From Candidatus Sulfomarinibacter kjeldsenii (GTDB lineage: Bacteria > Acidobacteriota > Thermoanaerobaculia > Thermoanaerobaculales > Sulfomarinibacteraceae), in the NCBI GenBank assembly GCA_014764485.1, contig JACXWA010000109.1:12769-76768 (forward strand): a stretch of 64,000 nt of DNA. Reading direction: 5' to 3'. The notes beneath the pieces are model-generated. The model ran no database searches. It was not told the origin of the DNA and worked only from the letters and a program-made list of their open reading frames with translations. Shown here piece after piece: positions 55,086-64,000 of the stretch (positions are counted from its first letter, which is position 1; each line of letters begins with the position of its first letter). Position numbers and translations under genes: made by a program.

Positions 55086-57020
55086 CTATCTGTCGGTGAA
55101 ATCGTAGCGCGCGGAGATTGAGAAATGAGTCTTGACTGGCACGCCGTTTTTACTGCCGGGTTTGAAGCGGTATTTCATGACCGCGTCCATGACAGCCTGA
55201 GGAATGCCGAACCCTTCGTGATCTGCCCGCAGGATCGTAACGTCCTCGACGAGACCTTTGGCGTTGACAGTTGCTTGGAGGACCACAACTCCCTTCCGTC
55301 TCGAGAGAATTGCAGTGCGGGACCATGTGACCGGAGATTTTTTTAAGATCGCCGGCGGTGAGTCCACCTCGGTTGGATCGACGAAACTATTTTCCTCAAC
55401 CGAAGGACCCGCCCTTTCGACCGCCTGTGGCCTTGGCGTCGGTGCCTCTATCGGGATTGCAGTTGGCGCGGAGGTCGGGGTCGGTGGAAAGGTAGGCGTG
55501 GAAGTTGCCGTCGTCGCCGCCAAAGTTGCTGCCTCGACCGCCGCGGTGGCTGTTTGGCGCGCCATAGCCTGCTGCTGGGCCTCCTCAGTGGCAAGAAGGC
55601 GTTCCGCCTCCAGCTCTGCTTCGCGCTGTCGTTGGGTTTCCTCCTCGGTCGCAATCTGCCGTTGCAGCTCTTCGAGTTTTTGCGCGTCCTCACCGGTCAA
55701 TTGCCCCTGCTGGGCCCGATTTTCACTCTCAGTGAGGCGCCGCTGTAGCTCGTCTATCTTCGCTTGGCGGGCCACGAGTTCCCCGCGGATCTCCTCCTCC
55801 TTCTGAGCCATCATCTCCGCGACCAGACCCTCGGCCAATTCCCTCATTTTTTCATTCTGTGCCAGTCGTTCAGCTGCAATCGCTTCGGCAGTCGGCATTG
55901 GCGGCGGAGGAGGGGTTGTCGGGCCGCGAAAGACAGTCAGCCAGAGCATCGCTGCAATCGCGGCCGCGCCAGCAACGCCGAGACCAATCCACAGACCGCG
56001 ACCCTTGAGCGCAGGGCCTGAGTCGATGGAATCAAGGACAGGCTCTGGTGTCACCGCGGGGGCTAGATACGGGCCGACATCTGTTGCCAGCTCGCTTGCG
56101 AAGTCGGCCTCTTCTGCCTCGATTTCGGGGCGAAAAAGGCGATCCATGAAGAGCGCGAGATTAAAGGTCGTTGGACTGTAGCCGCCACCATAAAGAAGAC
56201 GGCCAAGCTCTTTCTTGAAATCTGCGGCCGAACGGAAGCGCTCCTCTGGGTGCGGGGCGAGGGCCCGCTGAAGGAGTTCCCTGATGTCGTCCGGGATAGC
56301 TTCTTCCTCAAACGCAAAATTCGCGGCGGCGATCGCGCCTGCGCGTTCATCGATCGCCGTCGGCAGAGTCGCTCCAGTGAGCAGGTGAAAGAGAATAGCT
56401 CCAAGTGAGTACACATCTCCTTGCCGACTCGCCACCCGGGTCTGCAAGACCTCCGGCGCCAGATAGGGTTGGATAACATCGGCTGAGAACTGGTCATCGA
56501 TCAATGTCAGCAGCTGCTCAGCAACGCCGAATCCGGTGACAATCCCCTCGCCGTCGTTGGTTACGAAGACCAGGCTCGGATGCAAGAAACCGTGCACCAC
56601 CCGTTCGCCATCGATCTCTGCAGTCAATGTTGCAGAAAGGGCGAGCGCGATCTTTTCGGCAATCAGGAGGGCGTTGTCGACCGAAATCGGGAACTGTTCC
56701 TTGGTAATGTGGTCCAAAACCCTGCTCAGCGGCTGCGAAGCTACGAAGTCGGTTGCCATTGCCGGTGTGCCGTCGTCGACCGCGAAGTCTGCGCGCGCCA
56801 CGTTTGTCGACTGGACGGCGTCCGCAATGGCGTTGGCGCGGTCAAATCCAGCGATGATGTCGGCAGCCTCAATGATCGGCTGGTCGAATACCCTCAGCCA
56901 GACAGCTCGCTGAACACCTGAAGCATCGATCTCGCCAGCGCGGTAGAGATGACCCAGAGGATCGGAGACCACCTCCTTAAACCGCAGATACGATGCAAAT
57001 ACACTGTAGGCCTCAGCCAT
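55086..57020 (-). CDS. Pseudokinase (degenerate Ser/Thr kinase fold)-TM-coiled coil-TonB C-terminal domain protein
   Basis: Kinase subdomains VIII/IX are retained (YLAPEV, DVYSLGAILFHLLTG). HRD is HGF, DFG is GFG, VAIK-Lys is Arg, and there is no Gly-rich loop. TM helix LWIGLGVAGAAAIAAMLWLTVF, a Q/E-rich coiled coil, a P/T-rich linker, and a TonB_C-like end (GVVVLQATVNAKGLVEDVTIL...YRFKPG). ATG 57020 follows GGAGGA. Confidence 0.75.
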   Translation of the reverse strand: MAEAYSVFASYLRFKEVVSDPLGHLYRAGEIDASGVQRAVWLRVFDQPIIEAADIIAGFDRANAIADAVQSTNVARADFAVDDGTPAMATDFVASQPLSRVLDHITKEQFPISVDNALLIAEKIALALSATLTAEIDGERVVHGFLHPSLVFVTNDGEGIVTGFGVAEQLLTLIDDQFSADVIQPYLAPEVLQTRVASRQGDVYSLGAILFHLLTGATLPTAIDERAGAIAAANFAFEEEAIPDDIRELLQRALAPHPEERFRSAADFKKELGRLLYGGGYSPTTFNLALFMDRLFRPEIEAEEADFASELATDVGPYLAPAVTPEPVLDSIDSGPALKGRGLWIGLGVAGAAAIAAMLWLTVFRGPTTPPPPPMPTAEAIAAERLAQNEKMRELAEGLVAEMMAQKEEEIRGELVARQAKIDELQRRLTESENRAQQGQLTGEDAQKLEELQRQIATEEETQRQREAELEAERLLATEEAQQQAMARQTATAAVEAATLAATTATSTPTFPPTPTSAPTAIPIEAPTPRPQAVERAGPSVEENSFVDPTEVDSPPAILKKSPVTWSRTAILSRRKGVVVLQATVNAKGLVEDVTILRADHEGFGIPQAVMDAVMKYRFKPGSKNGVPVKTHFSISARYDFTDR

Positions 57021-57104
57021 CACGATCCTCCTGGTCCGCCCATCTCACTACCCAACGCAGCGACAAAGGCGAACCTCGAACGTACCACCCCGCGCCGCGC
57101 AAGG

Positions 57105-58106
57105 TCAACGACGAGAGCTCATAAGTCGAGCCACTGCACGATTATGCTCGCCAAGGGTCTTGGAGAACGCGTGGCCTCCCCCGGGTTTGGCGACGAAGTA
57201 GAGGTATGGCGTAGGCTGTGGGTTGATGGCCGCCGCCAGGGCAGCGCGGCCGGGAGAGTTGATCGGGCCCGGCGGGAGTCCTGGATAACGATAGGTGTTG
57301 TACGGATCGTCCACCTCCCAGTGAATCCGCAGGAGTCGCCCTCGCCACTCACTACGACGTTTGAGGGCGTAGACAACGGTTGGGTCGCACTGCAGAAGCA
57401 TGCCTTTGCGGAGCCGGTTGGCGAAGACACCGGCAACCAGAGGGCGCTCCTCATCAAGCGATGTCTCGGCTTCAACCAGCGATGCGAGAGTGACGATCTC
57501 AAGCGTCGAACCCCAGAGGGCGTCAGATTTCTGTGCCTCCTCCGTCCAAACCTCTTCGAACCGTTCCACGAGATGATGAGCCGCCCGAACGGCCGGAATC
57601 CCGACTGCAAAACGGTAGGTGTCCGGAAACAAAAAACCCTCGAGCGAAGGAGCGTTGGCCGCGAGGTCTGAAATCCACTCTATTTGTTGACCGAATCCCA
57701 GCCATTCATCTGCCGTCCCCAAACCGAGGCCTGAAAATTGCTCGCCAATCGTCGCGAGGTCGTTGCCCTCGACGACTGTGACGCTGAACATCTTGACTGC
57801 ACCTTCGAGGATCGCCTCGAGAGCATCCACCGGTCGGCTTGCGGGAGGGAATTGATAGTGTCCGTAGTAGAGCGCTTTTCCGGAAGCCTGCGTTTTCAGA
57901 TAGATTCGGCCGGCGAGTACCGACGGCAGCAAATCCTCCGCGTGGAGTTGGGCCAGAATTTCACGCGCTGTTGAGCCCGCAGCAATTTCTATCTCGGTTG
58001 ATTGCAACGAGCGCGTTCCCCAGAGGCTACGATGGAACCACAGCCCTCCAGCAACGACGAGAATCGAGGAAAGAACAACTGTGGCCGCCAACGCCCGTTT
58101 CATCAT
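57105..58106 (-). CDS. mltG: Endolytic murein transglycosylase MltG (YceG family)
   Basis: 333 aa. N-terminal TM and conserved YceG core (ASLVEAE, VFANRL, LQCDPTV, YNTY...GLPPGPI.NPG). Confidence 0.9.
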   Translation of the reverse strand: MMKRALAATVVLSSILVVAGGLWFHRSLWGTRSLQSTEIEIAAGSTAREILAQLHAEDLLPSVLAGRIYLKTQASGKALYYGHYQFPPASRPVDALEAILEGAVKMFSVTVVEGNDLATIGEQFSGLGLGTADEWLGFGQQIEWISDLAANAPSLEGFLFPDTYRFAVGIPAVRAAHHLVERFEEVWTEEAQKSDALWGSTLEIVTLASLVEAETSLDEERPLVAGVFANRLRKGMLLQCDPTVVYALKRRSEWRGRLLRIHWEVDDPYNTYRYPGLPPGPINSPGRAALAAAINPQPTPYLYFVAKPGGGHAFSKTLGEHNRAVARLMSSRR

Positions 58107-58115
58107 GGGAGTTCC

Positions 58116-58535
58116 TCAGCTCTCCGCGGGGGGAGCCGCCGGACGGGAGGCGAGGTGCTCCTCGAGGAGCACCTGGGCTGCAATGTCATCCACCGGTTGG
58201 CGAGGGGGGCGCCCTGCGGCGCGCGCTCGCCGCCGCGCTTCGTTTGTGGATAGAAACTCGCTCTGCAGCGCAACCTCGACGCCGAGAGCTTCAAGGGCTT
58301 CAGCGAGTCGGTCTGTACGTCGCGAGGCGGGTCCGCGGGAGCCGTCCTCGAGGGTCGGCAGACCGAGGACGACTCGTGCCGCACCGACCTTCGAGGCCAA
58401 GGATGCAATCTGTTGTGCCGCCCGATCAACACCCGCGTAGGGCACAATCTCGAGCGGTGACGTCACACCCGTGGTGTCGTCTCCTATGGCGAGACCCATA
58501 CGCTGCCCTCCAGGATCAACTCCCAAATACCGCAC
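58116..58535 (-). CDS. ruvX: Putative pre-16S rRNA nuclease / Holliday junction resolvase-like RuvX (YqgF)
   Basis: Trimmed to GTG 58535 (VRYLGVDPGGQRMGLAIGD), giving about 139 aa. The longer track ORF would overlap the divergent lptD. Confidence 0.85.
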   Translation of the reverse strand: MRYLGVDPGGQRMGLAIGDDTTGVTSPLEIVPYAGVDRAAQQIASLASKVGAARVVLGLPTLEDGSRGPASRRTDRLAEALEALGVEVALQSEFLSTNEARRRARAAGRPPRQPVDDIAAQVLLEEHLASRPAAPPAES

Positions 58536-58633
58536 CCGCCCATTGTACGCAGTATGAGCATGCGTGAGCAGGGCGAAGAACCAATCCGACCGGCTACAAT
58601 GTGCGAGGAACCGCGCATGCCGCCAGGAGGTCC

Positions 58634-60763
58634 ATGACCCACCCCAATCCGACCTTTTCGTCCGCCGGGTGGCGGGTGACCCTGATCGCGTTGGCGCTGG
58701 TTGGGTTGTCAAGTTTTGTGAGTGCTGCTGACGAAGAGGAAAGAGTGGTCCTCCTCGCAGAAACTCAACTTGGCACAGCGGAAGGCTGGCACGGAGAAGG
58801 AGAGGTCCAGATTGTTTATCAGGACATCGACATTCGCTGTGACACGGCTGATTGGAACCGAGCCACCGGCGAAGTCATTGCGCGGGGGAACGTGATCCTC
58901 GACCGCGGACCGAGTCGTTTCACTGCAGACGAGGCGCGGTTCAATATTCAGACCAAGACTGGCACGTTCTTTAACGCCACAGCCTTCATCGATCCCATGT
59001 ACACCTTCACCGGCCGCGAGATCGAAAAGCTCGACGAGACCCATTACCGTATCGACCGGGCGACATTCACCACCTGTGCCACGGACGGAAAGCCACCGTG
59101 GAGCTTCCACGTTCGTAAGGCAAAGGTCGAGCAGGAGGGCCTCGGGCGCTTTTCGAGCTCGGCGATGAAGATTCGCGGCGTCCCGGTCTTCTACATGCCC
59201 TACATGGTGTGGCCGATCAAACAGGAGCGTGCGGCTGGTCTGTTGTTTCCCCGGCTCGGATACTCGAACACGAGGGGGTTCAATTTTGGGCTGCCCCTCT
59301 ACATCCCGATCGGCCGCAGCTACGACACGACAATCTTTGCCGACTACTATGCAAAGGGTTATTTCGGTCTCGGCAACAGCTGGCGATGGGCGCCGGTGAC
59401 CGGCGCGCAAGGTGATTTCAACGCTTATGCGATCTGGGACCGCGAGAACGAGGAGGCTCAGTGGAAGGTCTTCGGCAGACATGCCCAGGAAGATTTTCTC
59501 GGCTTCAGGCTCCTGGCGCAGATCGAAAATATGTCCGACATCGACTTCTGGCAGGAGTTCGACCGCAGCTTTGCCGCCAATACCCGCCGCGACCTCTACT
59601 CCTTCGCCTTTCTGACCCGCTCCTTCGGACCTTATTCTCTCAATCTTCGCGCCGACCACCGCCAGACATTTCTGACCACCCAGGAGGTCATCCTCTCCCA
59701 GCTGCCCGAGGTCGAGGTTCGTTCGGGCTCGACCTCGATTGGTGGCTCGCCCGTTTACCTCAATTTGATCTCATCGCTCAACTACTTCCAGGCTGACCGG
59801 GGGAATGACCTGGTCGGTGATTATGGGCGGGCCGATCTGTTCCCCCAATTCTCCTATACGCTGCCGGGTCCGCCGTGGATTTCGGTGACACCGCGGGTGG
59901 GCGGGCGATTCACCTACTACACTGACCAGTACACCGAGGATCGCCGCGAGTTCGCCGGTGAACCCATCAATCGTATTTACGCCACGGGAGCGGTCGATAT
60001 CGTCGGACCCTCTCTCTCGAAGGTCTTTAATGGGGGCTTCGGTGGCTATAGCAAGATCAAACATCTCATCGAGCCCCGGTTCGAGTATCGCTACCTCACC
60101 ACCACAACCGATGTCACCAGAATCCCTGTCTTCGATGAGGTCGACTCAACTCCCCAGGACGCGAACTTGGTCAACTTCGTGCTCGCAAATCGTCTCCTGG
60201 GTCGTGCCGGGGATGGTGTCGGGACCCGCGAGTTGGGTTCGCTCGAGCTCATCCAGGCCTACTCGTTCGATGCCCCCCTGCACCGCGGCGATGGCGTGAA
60301 CACAAGCCAACTCGGGCCGCTCGGGATGGCCCTGCGGTTAACGCCCTCACAGGGCACCGGCTTCGACGCGCGCCTGTCGTACGATCTGCTCTTCAAGAAC
60401 CTCCGATCGACTTCGCTGGCGGCCTCTCTCATGCGTCCGCTCGGCATGCTTAATCTGACCTGGTACGAGAGCTACAACTCACGTACCGGGGACCGCTTTT
60501 CGTCGCAGCTGCGAAGCCTGGTCGCCTTCCGCAAGGCCGGCTTCCCACTCGATGCCTCGTTCCAAATTGCCTACGACATCGCCAACGATTCTCTCGGCGA
60601 TCAGCGGTATAAGGTGAACTACCAGGGCAGTTGCTGGAACATTTCTGCCCAGTACCGGGATACCAGAATCGGCGCATTCCCGACCCGGGAGATTCTAGTA
60701 GTGATCGGTCTCAGGGGTGTTGGTGCTCTGCCCGAGATCAAGAGCAGCCTTGGCGGCTACTGA
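58634..60763 (+). CDS. lptD: LPS-assembly outer-membrane protein LptD
   Basis: ATG 58634 follows AGGAGG. Signal peptide (LIALALVGLSSFVSA), an OstA-like N-domain, and a large C-terminal beta-barrel region. Confidence 0.85.
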   Translation: MTHPNPTFSSAGWRVTLIALALVGLSSFVSAADEEERVVLLAETQLGTAEGWHGEGEVQIVYQDIDIRCDTADWNRATGEVIARGNVILDRGPSRFTADEARFNIQTKTGTFFNATAFIDPMYTFTGREIEKLDETHYRIDRATFTTCATDGKPPWSFHVRKAKVEQEGLGRFSSSAMKIRGVPVFYMPYMVWPIKQERAAGLLFPRLGYSNTRGFNFGLPLYIPIGRSYDTTIFADYYAKGYFGLGNSWRWAPVTGAQGDFNAYAIWDRENEEAQWKVFGRHAQEDFLGFRLLAQIENMSDIDFWQEFDRSFAANTRRDLYSFAFLTRSFGPYSLNLRADHRQTFLTTQEVILSQLPEVEVRSGSTSIGGSPVYLNLISSLNYFQADRGNDLVGDYGRADLFPQFSYTLPGPPWISVTPRVGGRFTYYTDQYTEDRREFAGEPINRIYATGAVDIVGPSLSKVFNGGFGGYSKIKHLIEPRFEYRYLTTTTDVTRIPVFDEVDSTPQDANLVNFVLANRLLGRAGDGVGTRELGSLELIQAYSFDAPLHRGDGVNTSQLGPLGMALRLTPSQGTGFDARLSYDLLFKNLRSTSLAASLMRPLGMLNLTWYESYNSRTGDRFSSQLRSLVAFRKAGFPLDASFQIAYDIANDSLGDQRYKVNYQGSCWNISAQYRDTRIGAFPTREILVVIGLRGVGALPEIKSSLGGY

Positions 60764-60786
60764 GGGCGCTTCCAAGGAAGGTAATC

Positions 60787-60856
60787 AGTGATCAGTAAAC
60801 AGTAATCAGTAGGGGCCCCGCGCTGGCAAGGAACTGATCACTGCTTACTGATAACT
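60787..60856. repeat. Long hairpin with heptamer-repeat arms (element C)
   Basis: Positions 60787-60810 pair with 60833-60856 at 21 of 24 positions. Arms are built from GTAATCA/GTGATCA/GTAAACA heptads. The 22-nt loop contains GGGGCCCC. Starts 24 nt after the lptD stop. Confidence 0.6.
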
Positions 60857-60925
60857 TGCTTCAGCCTCGGGAAACGGTAAACGCTTGAAGCTCGTTTGGG
60901 AAGGCCACTGAGTTCGGGTACGCGG

Positions 60926-61013
60926 TGGCGGAGGGAGTGGGATTCGAACCCACGGAGGCGTGAACCTCACCGGTTTTCAAGACCGGCGCCTTCGACCACT
61001 CGGCCATCCCTCC
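60926..61013 (-). tRNA. tRNA-Ser (anticodon TGA), CCA encoded
   Basis: Reverse complement GGAGGGATGGCCGAGTGGTCGAAGGCGCCGGTCTTGAAAACCGG...GGTTCGAATCCCACTCCCTCCGCCA. Long variable arm. Confidence 0.9.
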
Positions 61014-61025
61014 GCGATCGCCTAC

Positions 61026-61054
61026 TTTACAGCCATCGGGCTGCCACGTACAAT
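61026..61054 (+). promoter_or_regulatory. Putative sigma70 promoter of tRNA-Ser(GCT)
   Basis: TTTACA (61026-61031), 17 nt spacer, TACAAT (61049-61054). The -10 ends 14 nt before the tRNA 5' end. Confidence 0.5.
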
Positions 61055-61068
61055 ACCTCTCCCGGTGC

Positions 61069-61160
<92 letters not shown>

Positions 61161-61209
61161 TAGTTTTTTCGATTCATCCTGACCCGTCGGAGCATTCCTG
61201 GAGACCAGC

Positions 61210-62664
61210 ATGGCGACAGCGGTAAGGACCCGTATTGCACCCAGCCCGACCGGTGATCCGCATGTTGGCACCGCTTATGTGGCGCTCTTCAACTACGCTC
61301 TGGCTCGTCAGACCGGTGGCAGCTTCGTGCTTCGCATCGAGGACACCGACCGCCAACGCAGCACCTCCGCCAGCGAGCAGCAAATTCTCGCCGCTCTTTC
61401 GTGGCTGGGGCTCGAATGGAATGAGGGTCCCGACGTTGGTGGTGCGTTCGGGCCGTATCGTCAGAGCGAGCGAACCGAAATCTATCGTGAGCACGTCGAA
61501 AAGCTGGTGGCAAAGAGCGCGGCCTACCCGTGTTTCTGTACCCGCGAGCGTCTCGAGGAATTGCGGGCGGAACAGAAGGCCGCCAAGGGACGATTCGGCT
61601 ATGACCGCCTGTGCCGGTCGATCGACTCAGAAGAGGCGCAACGGCGGGTGGCCGCCGGGGAAGAACATGTCATTCGCCTCGCGATGCCGACCGAGGGCGA
61701 GACCATAGCCAACGATCTCTTGCGTGGTGACATCGTGATCGCCAACGATCAGGTCGATGACCAGGTGCTGCTCAAATCGGACGGCCACCCCACCTACCAT
61801 CTTGCCAACGTCGTCGACGACCACCTCATGGGAATCACTCACGTGATCCGGGCCGAGGAGTGGATCTCGTCTCTGCCAAAGCACGTCCGGCTCTACCGGG
61901 CCTTTGGATGGGATCTGCCGGTCTTCTGCCATCTACCGCTGTTGCGAAACGCGGACACCTCGAAGATCTCGAAGCGCAAGAATCCTGTCAGCCTCGACCA
62001 CTACCGCCAGGCCGGCATCCTGCCCGAGGCCCTGCTCAACTACCTGGCGCTGATGGGCTGGACGATGCCTGACGAACGGGATCAGTTCACCCTCTCCGAG
62101 TTCGTCGCTGAATTCCGTCTCGAAGACATCAGTCTCGGTGGGCCGGTCTTCGACCTCGACAAGCTCAACTGGCTCAACGGCAAGTACCTCCGCGACCTCC
62201 AAGGCGAAGACCTCCTGGCGAGGTTGCACGAAGCCGTCTTTGCCGATGCCTATCTGGAAGCGATCATCCCGCTCGTCCAGGAGCGTATCGATACGCTCGC
62301 GGACTTCGTTCCCTATGCCGAATTTTTCTTTGTTGGCAATGTGCGGTACGAAGAGACGGCGTTGCCAAAACTGGTGGCCAAGAACCACACACCACCACAG
62401 ACCGCAAAGGCATTCCGGGTCCTCCTCGAGGAGCACCTTGACGCCATCCTGGAATGGAGCGCCGCCAACATCGAGGCGGCGATGCGAGCCTTCTGTGAGG
62501 CGCGCGAGTGGAATCCCAAGGAACTCTTCATGCCGATCCGGGTCGCCATTACCGGTCGCACCGCGACGCCACCACTTTTTGAGACCATGGAAGTCCTCGG
62601 CAAGGCGCGCTGCCGGTGGCGTCTGCGGCGGGCGATGGAGACTCTGCGTGGAATGAAGGCCTGA
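61210..62664 (+). CDS. gltX: Glutamate--tRNA ligase
   Basis: 484 aa. HIGH motif (PTGDPHVGT) and KMSKS-like KISKRK. Confidence 0.95.
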   Translation: MATAVRTRIAPSPTGDPHVGTAYVALFNYALARQTGGSFVLRIEDTDRQRSTSASEQQILAALSWLGLEWNEGPDVGGAFGPYRQSERTEIYREHVEKLVAKSAAYPCFCTRERLEELRAEQKAAKGRFGYDRLCRSIDSEEAQRRVAAGEEHVIRLAMPTEGETIANDLLRGDIVIANDQVDDQVLLKSDGHPTYHLANVVDDHLMGITHVIRAEEWISSLPKHVRLYRAFGWDLPVFCHLPLLRNADTSKISKRKNPVSLDHYRQAGILPEALLNYLALMGWTMPDERDQFTLSEFVAEFRLEDISLGGPVFDLDKLNWLNGKYLRDLQGEDLLARLHEAVFADAYLEAIIPLVQERIDTLADFVPYAEFFFVGNVRYEETALPKLVAKNHTPPQTAKAFRVLLEEHLDAILEWSAANIEAAMRAFCEAREWNPKELFMPIRVAITGRTATPPLFETMEVLGKARCRWRLRRAMETLRGMKA

Positions 62665-62680
62665 AACGGAGACACACAGC

Positions 62681-64000
62681 ATGACGGGCAACGACGACAC
62701 CGACGGCGAGAGACAGGACTTCATTCGTGAAATCATCAGCGAGGATCTGGCAACTTCGAAGCACGCGGAGGTCGTGACCCGGTTCCCCCCCGAACCCAAC
62801 GGCTATCTCCACATCGGCCACACCAAGTCGATCTTCCTCAACTTCGGCATCGCCGAGGAGTTTGGCGGTCGCTGCCATCTTCGTTTTGACGATACAAATC
62901 CTGTCAAGGAAGAGCTCGAGTACATCGAGTCAATCAAAGAGGACGTGCGCTGGCTCGGCTGTGATTGGGGCGAGCGCCTGTACCACGCCTCCGACTATTT
63001 CGAACGGCTCTACGATTGGGCCGAGGATCTGGTGAGGGCCGGCAAGGCCTACGTCGATGATCTCTCGGCAGAAGAAATTCGCGCCCATCGCGGCACCCTG
63101 ACCGAGCCCGGCAAGCCGAGCCCGTATCGTGACCGTGAGGCCGATGAAAATCTGGAGCTCCTTCGCGCCATGCGTGACGGCAAATATCCCGATGGGGACA
63201 AAGTTCTGCGGGCCAAAATCGACATGACAGCCGGCAATATCAACCTGCGCGATCCGGTGCTTTACCGGATCCTCCGCGCGACCCATCCCCGGACCGGCGA
63301 CCGGTGGTGCATCTACCCCACCTACGACTATGCTCACGGTCAGTCTGACGCGATCGAGCACATCACCCACAGCCTCTGTACGCTGGAGTTCGAAGACCAC
63401 CGGCCACTCTATGACTGGTTCGTCGACAACCTCCCCGTGCCCTCGAAGCCGCGCCAGATTGAATTTGCCCGTCTCAACCTGACCTACACCGTGCTCTCCA
63501 AGCGTCGCCTCCTCCAGCTTGTCAAAGGCGGCCATGTCGGCGGCTGGGATGATCCCCGGATGCCGACCATCTCGGGCATTCGGCGACGCGGGTATCCACC
63601 CGCGGCGATGCACGATTTTATTGAACGCGTCGGTCTCGCGAAACGGAACAGCGTCGTCGACCTCGCGATGCTCGAGCATTGTGTGCGGACCGAACTCAAC
63701 CGCACAGCGGAACGCCGGATGGGTGTTCTGCGGCCACTCAAGGTGGTGATAGAAAACTATCCCGAGGGCACCAGCGAGGAGCTCGAGGCGGTCAATAACC
63801 CCGAGGATTCGGCAGCCGGAACTCGGCAGGTTCCGTTCGGGCGCGAACTCTATATCGAGCGAGCCGACTTCATGGAAGAGCCGCCCAAAAAGTTTTTCCG
63901 TCTCGCCCCGGGTCGCGAGGTGCGGCTGCGCTACGCATACTTCATCACCTGTCGCGATGTCATCAAGGATGATACGGGCGAGGTCGTCGAGCTACGCTGC
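62681..64000 (+). CDS. glnS: Glutamine--tRNA ligase (5' portion, runs off window)
   Basis: Hand translation from ATG 62681: [50 protein letters not shown]. The frame stays open to 64000. Absent from the track because no stop codon is reached. Confidence 0.9.
   Translation, partial: MTGNDDTDGERQDFIREIISEDLATSKHAEVVTRFPPEPNGYLHIGHTKSIFLNFGIAEEFGGRCHLRFDDTNPVKEELEYIESIKEDVRWLGCDWGERLYHASDYFERLYDWAEDLVRAGKAYVDDLSAEEIRAHRGTLTEPGKPSPYRDREADENLELLRAMRDGKYPDGDKVLRAKIDMTAGNINLRDPVLYRILRATHPRTGDRWCIYPTYDYAHGQSDAIEHITHSLCTLEFEDHRPLYDWFVDNLPVPSKPRQIEFARLNLTYTVLSKRRLLQLVKGGHVGGWDDPRMPTISGIRRRGYPPAAMHDFIERVGLAKRNSVVDLAMLEHCVRTELNRTAERRMGVLRPLKVVIENYPEGTSEELEAVNNPEDSAAGTRQVPFGRELYIERADFMEEPPKKFFRLAPGREVRLRYAYFITCRDVIKDDTGEVVELRC

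Noticed and set aside
58709-59659. 316-aa minus-strand ORF within lptD, plus similar antisense ORFs at 61933-62799, 62930-63679, 34396-35268 and 3630-4397
   Set aside because: Each is antisense to a confidently identified gene (lptD, gltX, glnS, pdxS, and the 3705-4412 ORF) and has no recognisable motif. High GC suppresses stop codons on the opposite strand.

Overview
GC-rich bacterial chromosome segment centred on the replication origin. Left of about 25 kb almost every gene is on the minus strand: lon (partial), clpX, clpP, tig, F1Fo ATP synthase b'-b-delta-alpha-gamma-beta-epsilon, bactofilin, parB, parA, rsmG, mnmG, mnmE, jag, yidC, rnpA, rpmH. Right of it the genes switch to the plus strand: dnaA, dnaN, recF, gyrB, gyrA, pdxS, pdxT, dprA, trmFO. 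A DnaA-box cluster plus an AT-rich stretch lies between dnaA and dnaN, and a near-consensus parS sits at the 3' end of rsmG. The rest is housekeeping, envelope and regulatory: Xer-type recombinase, GT2, TPR protein, NtrY-like kinase, HD-GYP, smpB, uvrA, FabL-like SDR, HU, MltG, RuvX, LptD, gltX, glnS (partial) and five tRNAs. LptD and a TonB-C domain indicate a diderm; I cannot assign a taxon from the sequence alone. I saw no CRISPR array, transposase, phage gene, toxin-antitoxin pair or recognisable defence gene. This is core DNA, so I do not claim a new multi-gene system. The items most worth a second look are: (1) three intergenic long hairpins whose arms are heptamer tandem repeats, two of which share a GGAAT...CCCACCCTCCC core; (2) a catalytically dead Ser/Thr-kinase-like domain fused through a TM helix and coiled coil to a TonB C-terminal domain; (3) a bactofilin gene translationally coupled to parAB; (4) several orphan ORFs tightly coupled to housekeeping operons. 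Many long ORFs in the six-frame track are antisense shadows typical of high-GC DNA and were rejected.
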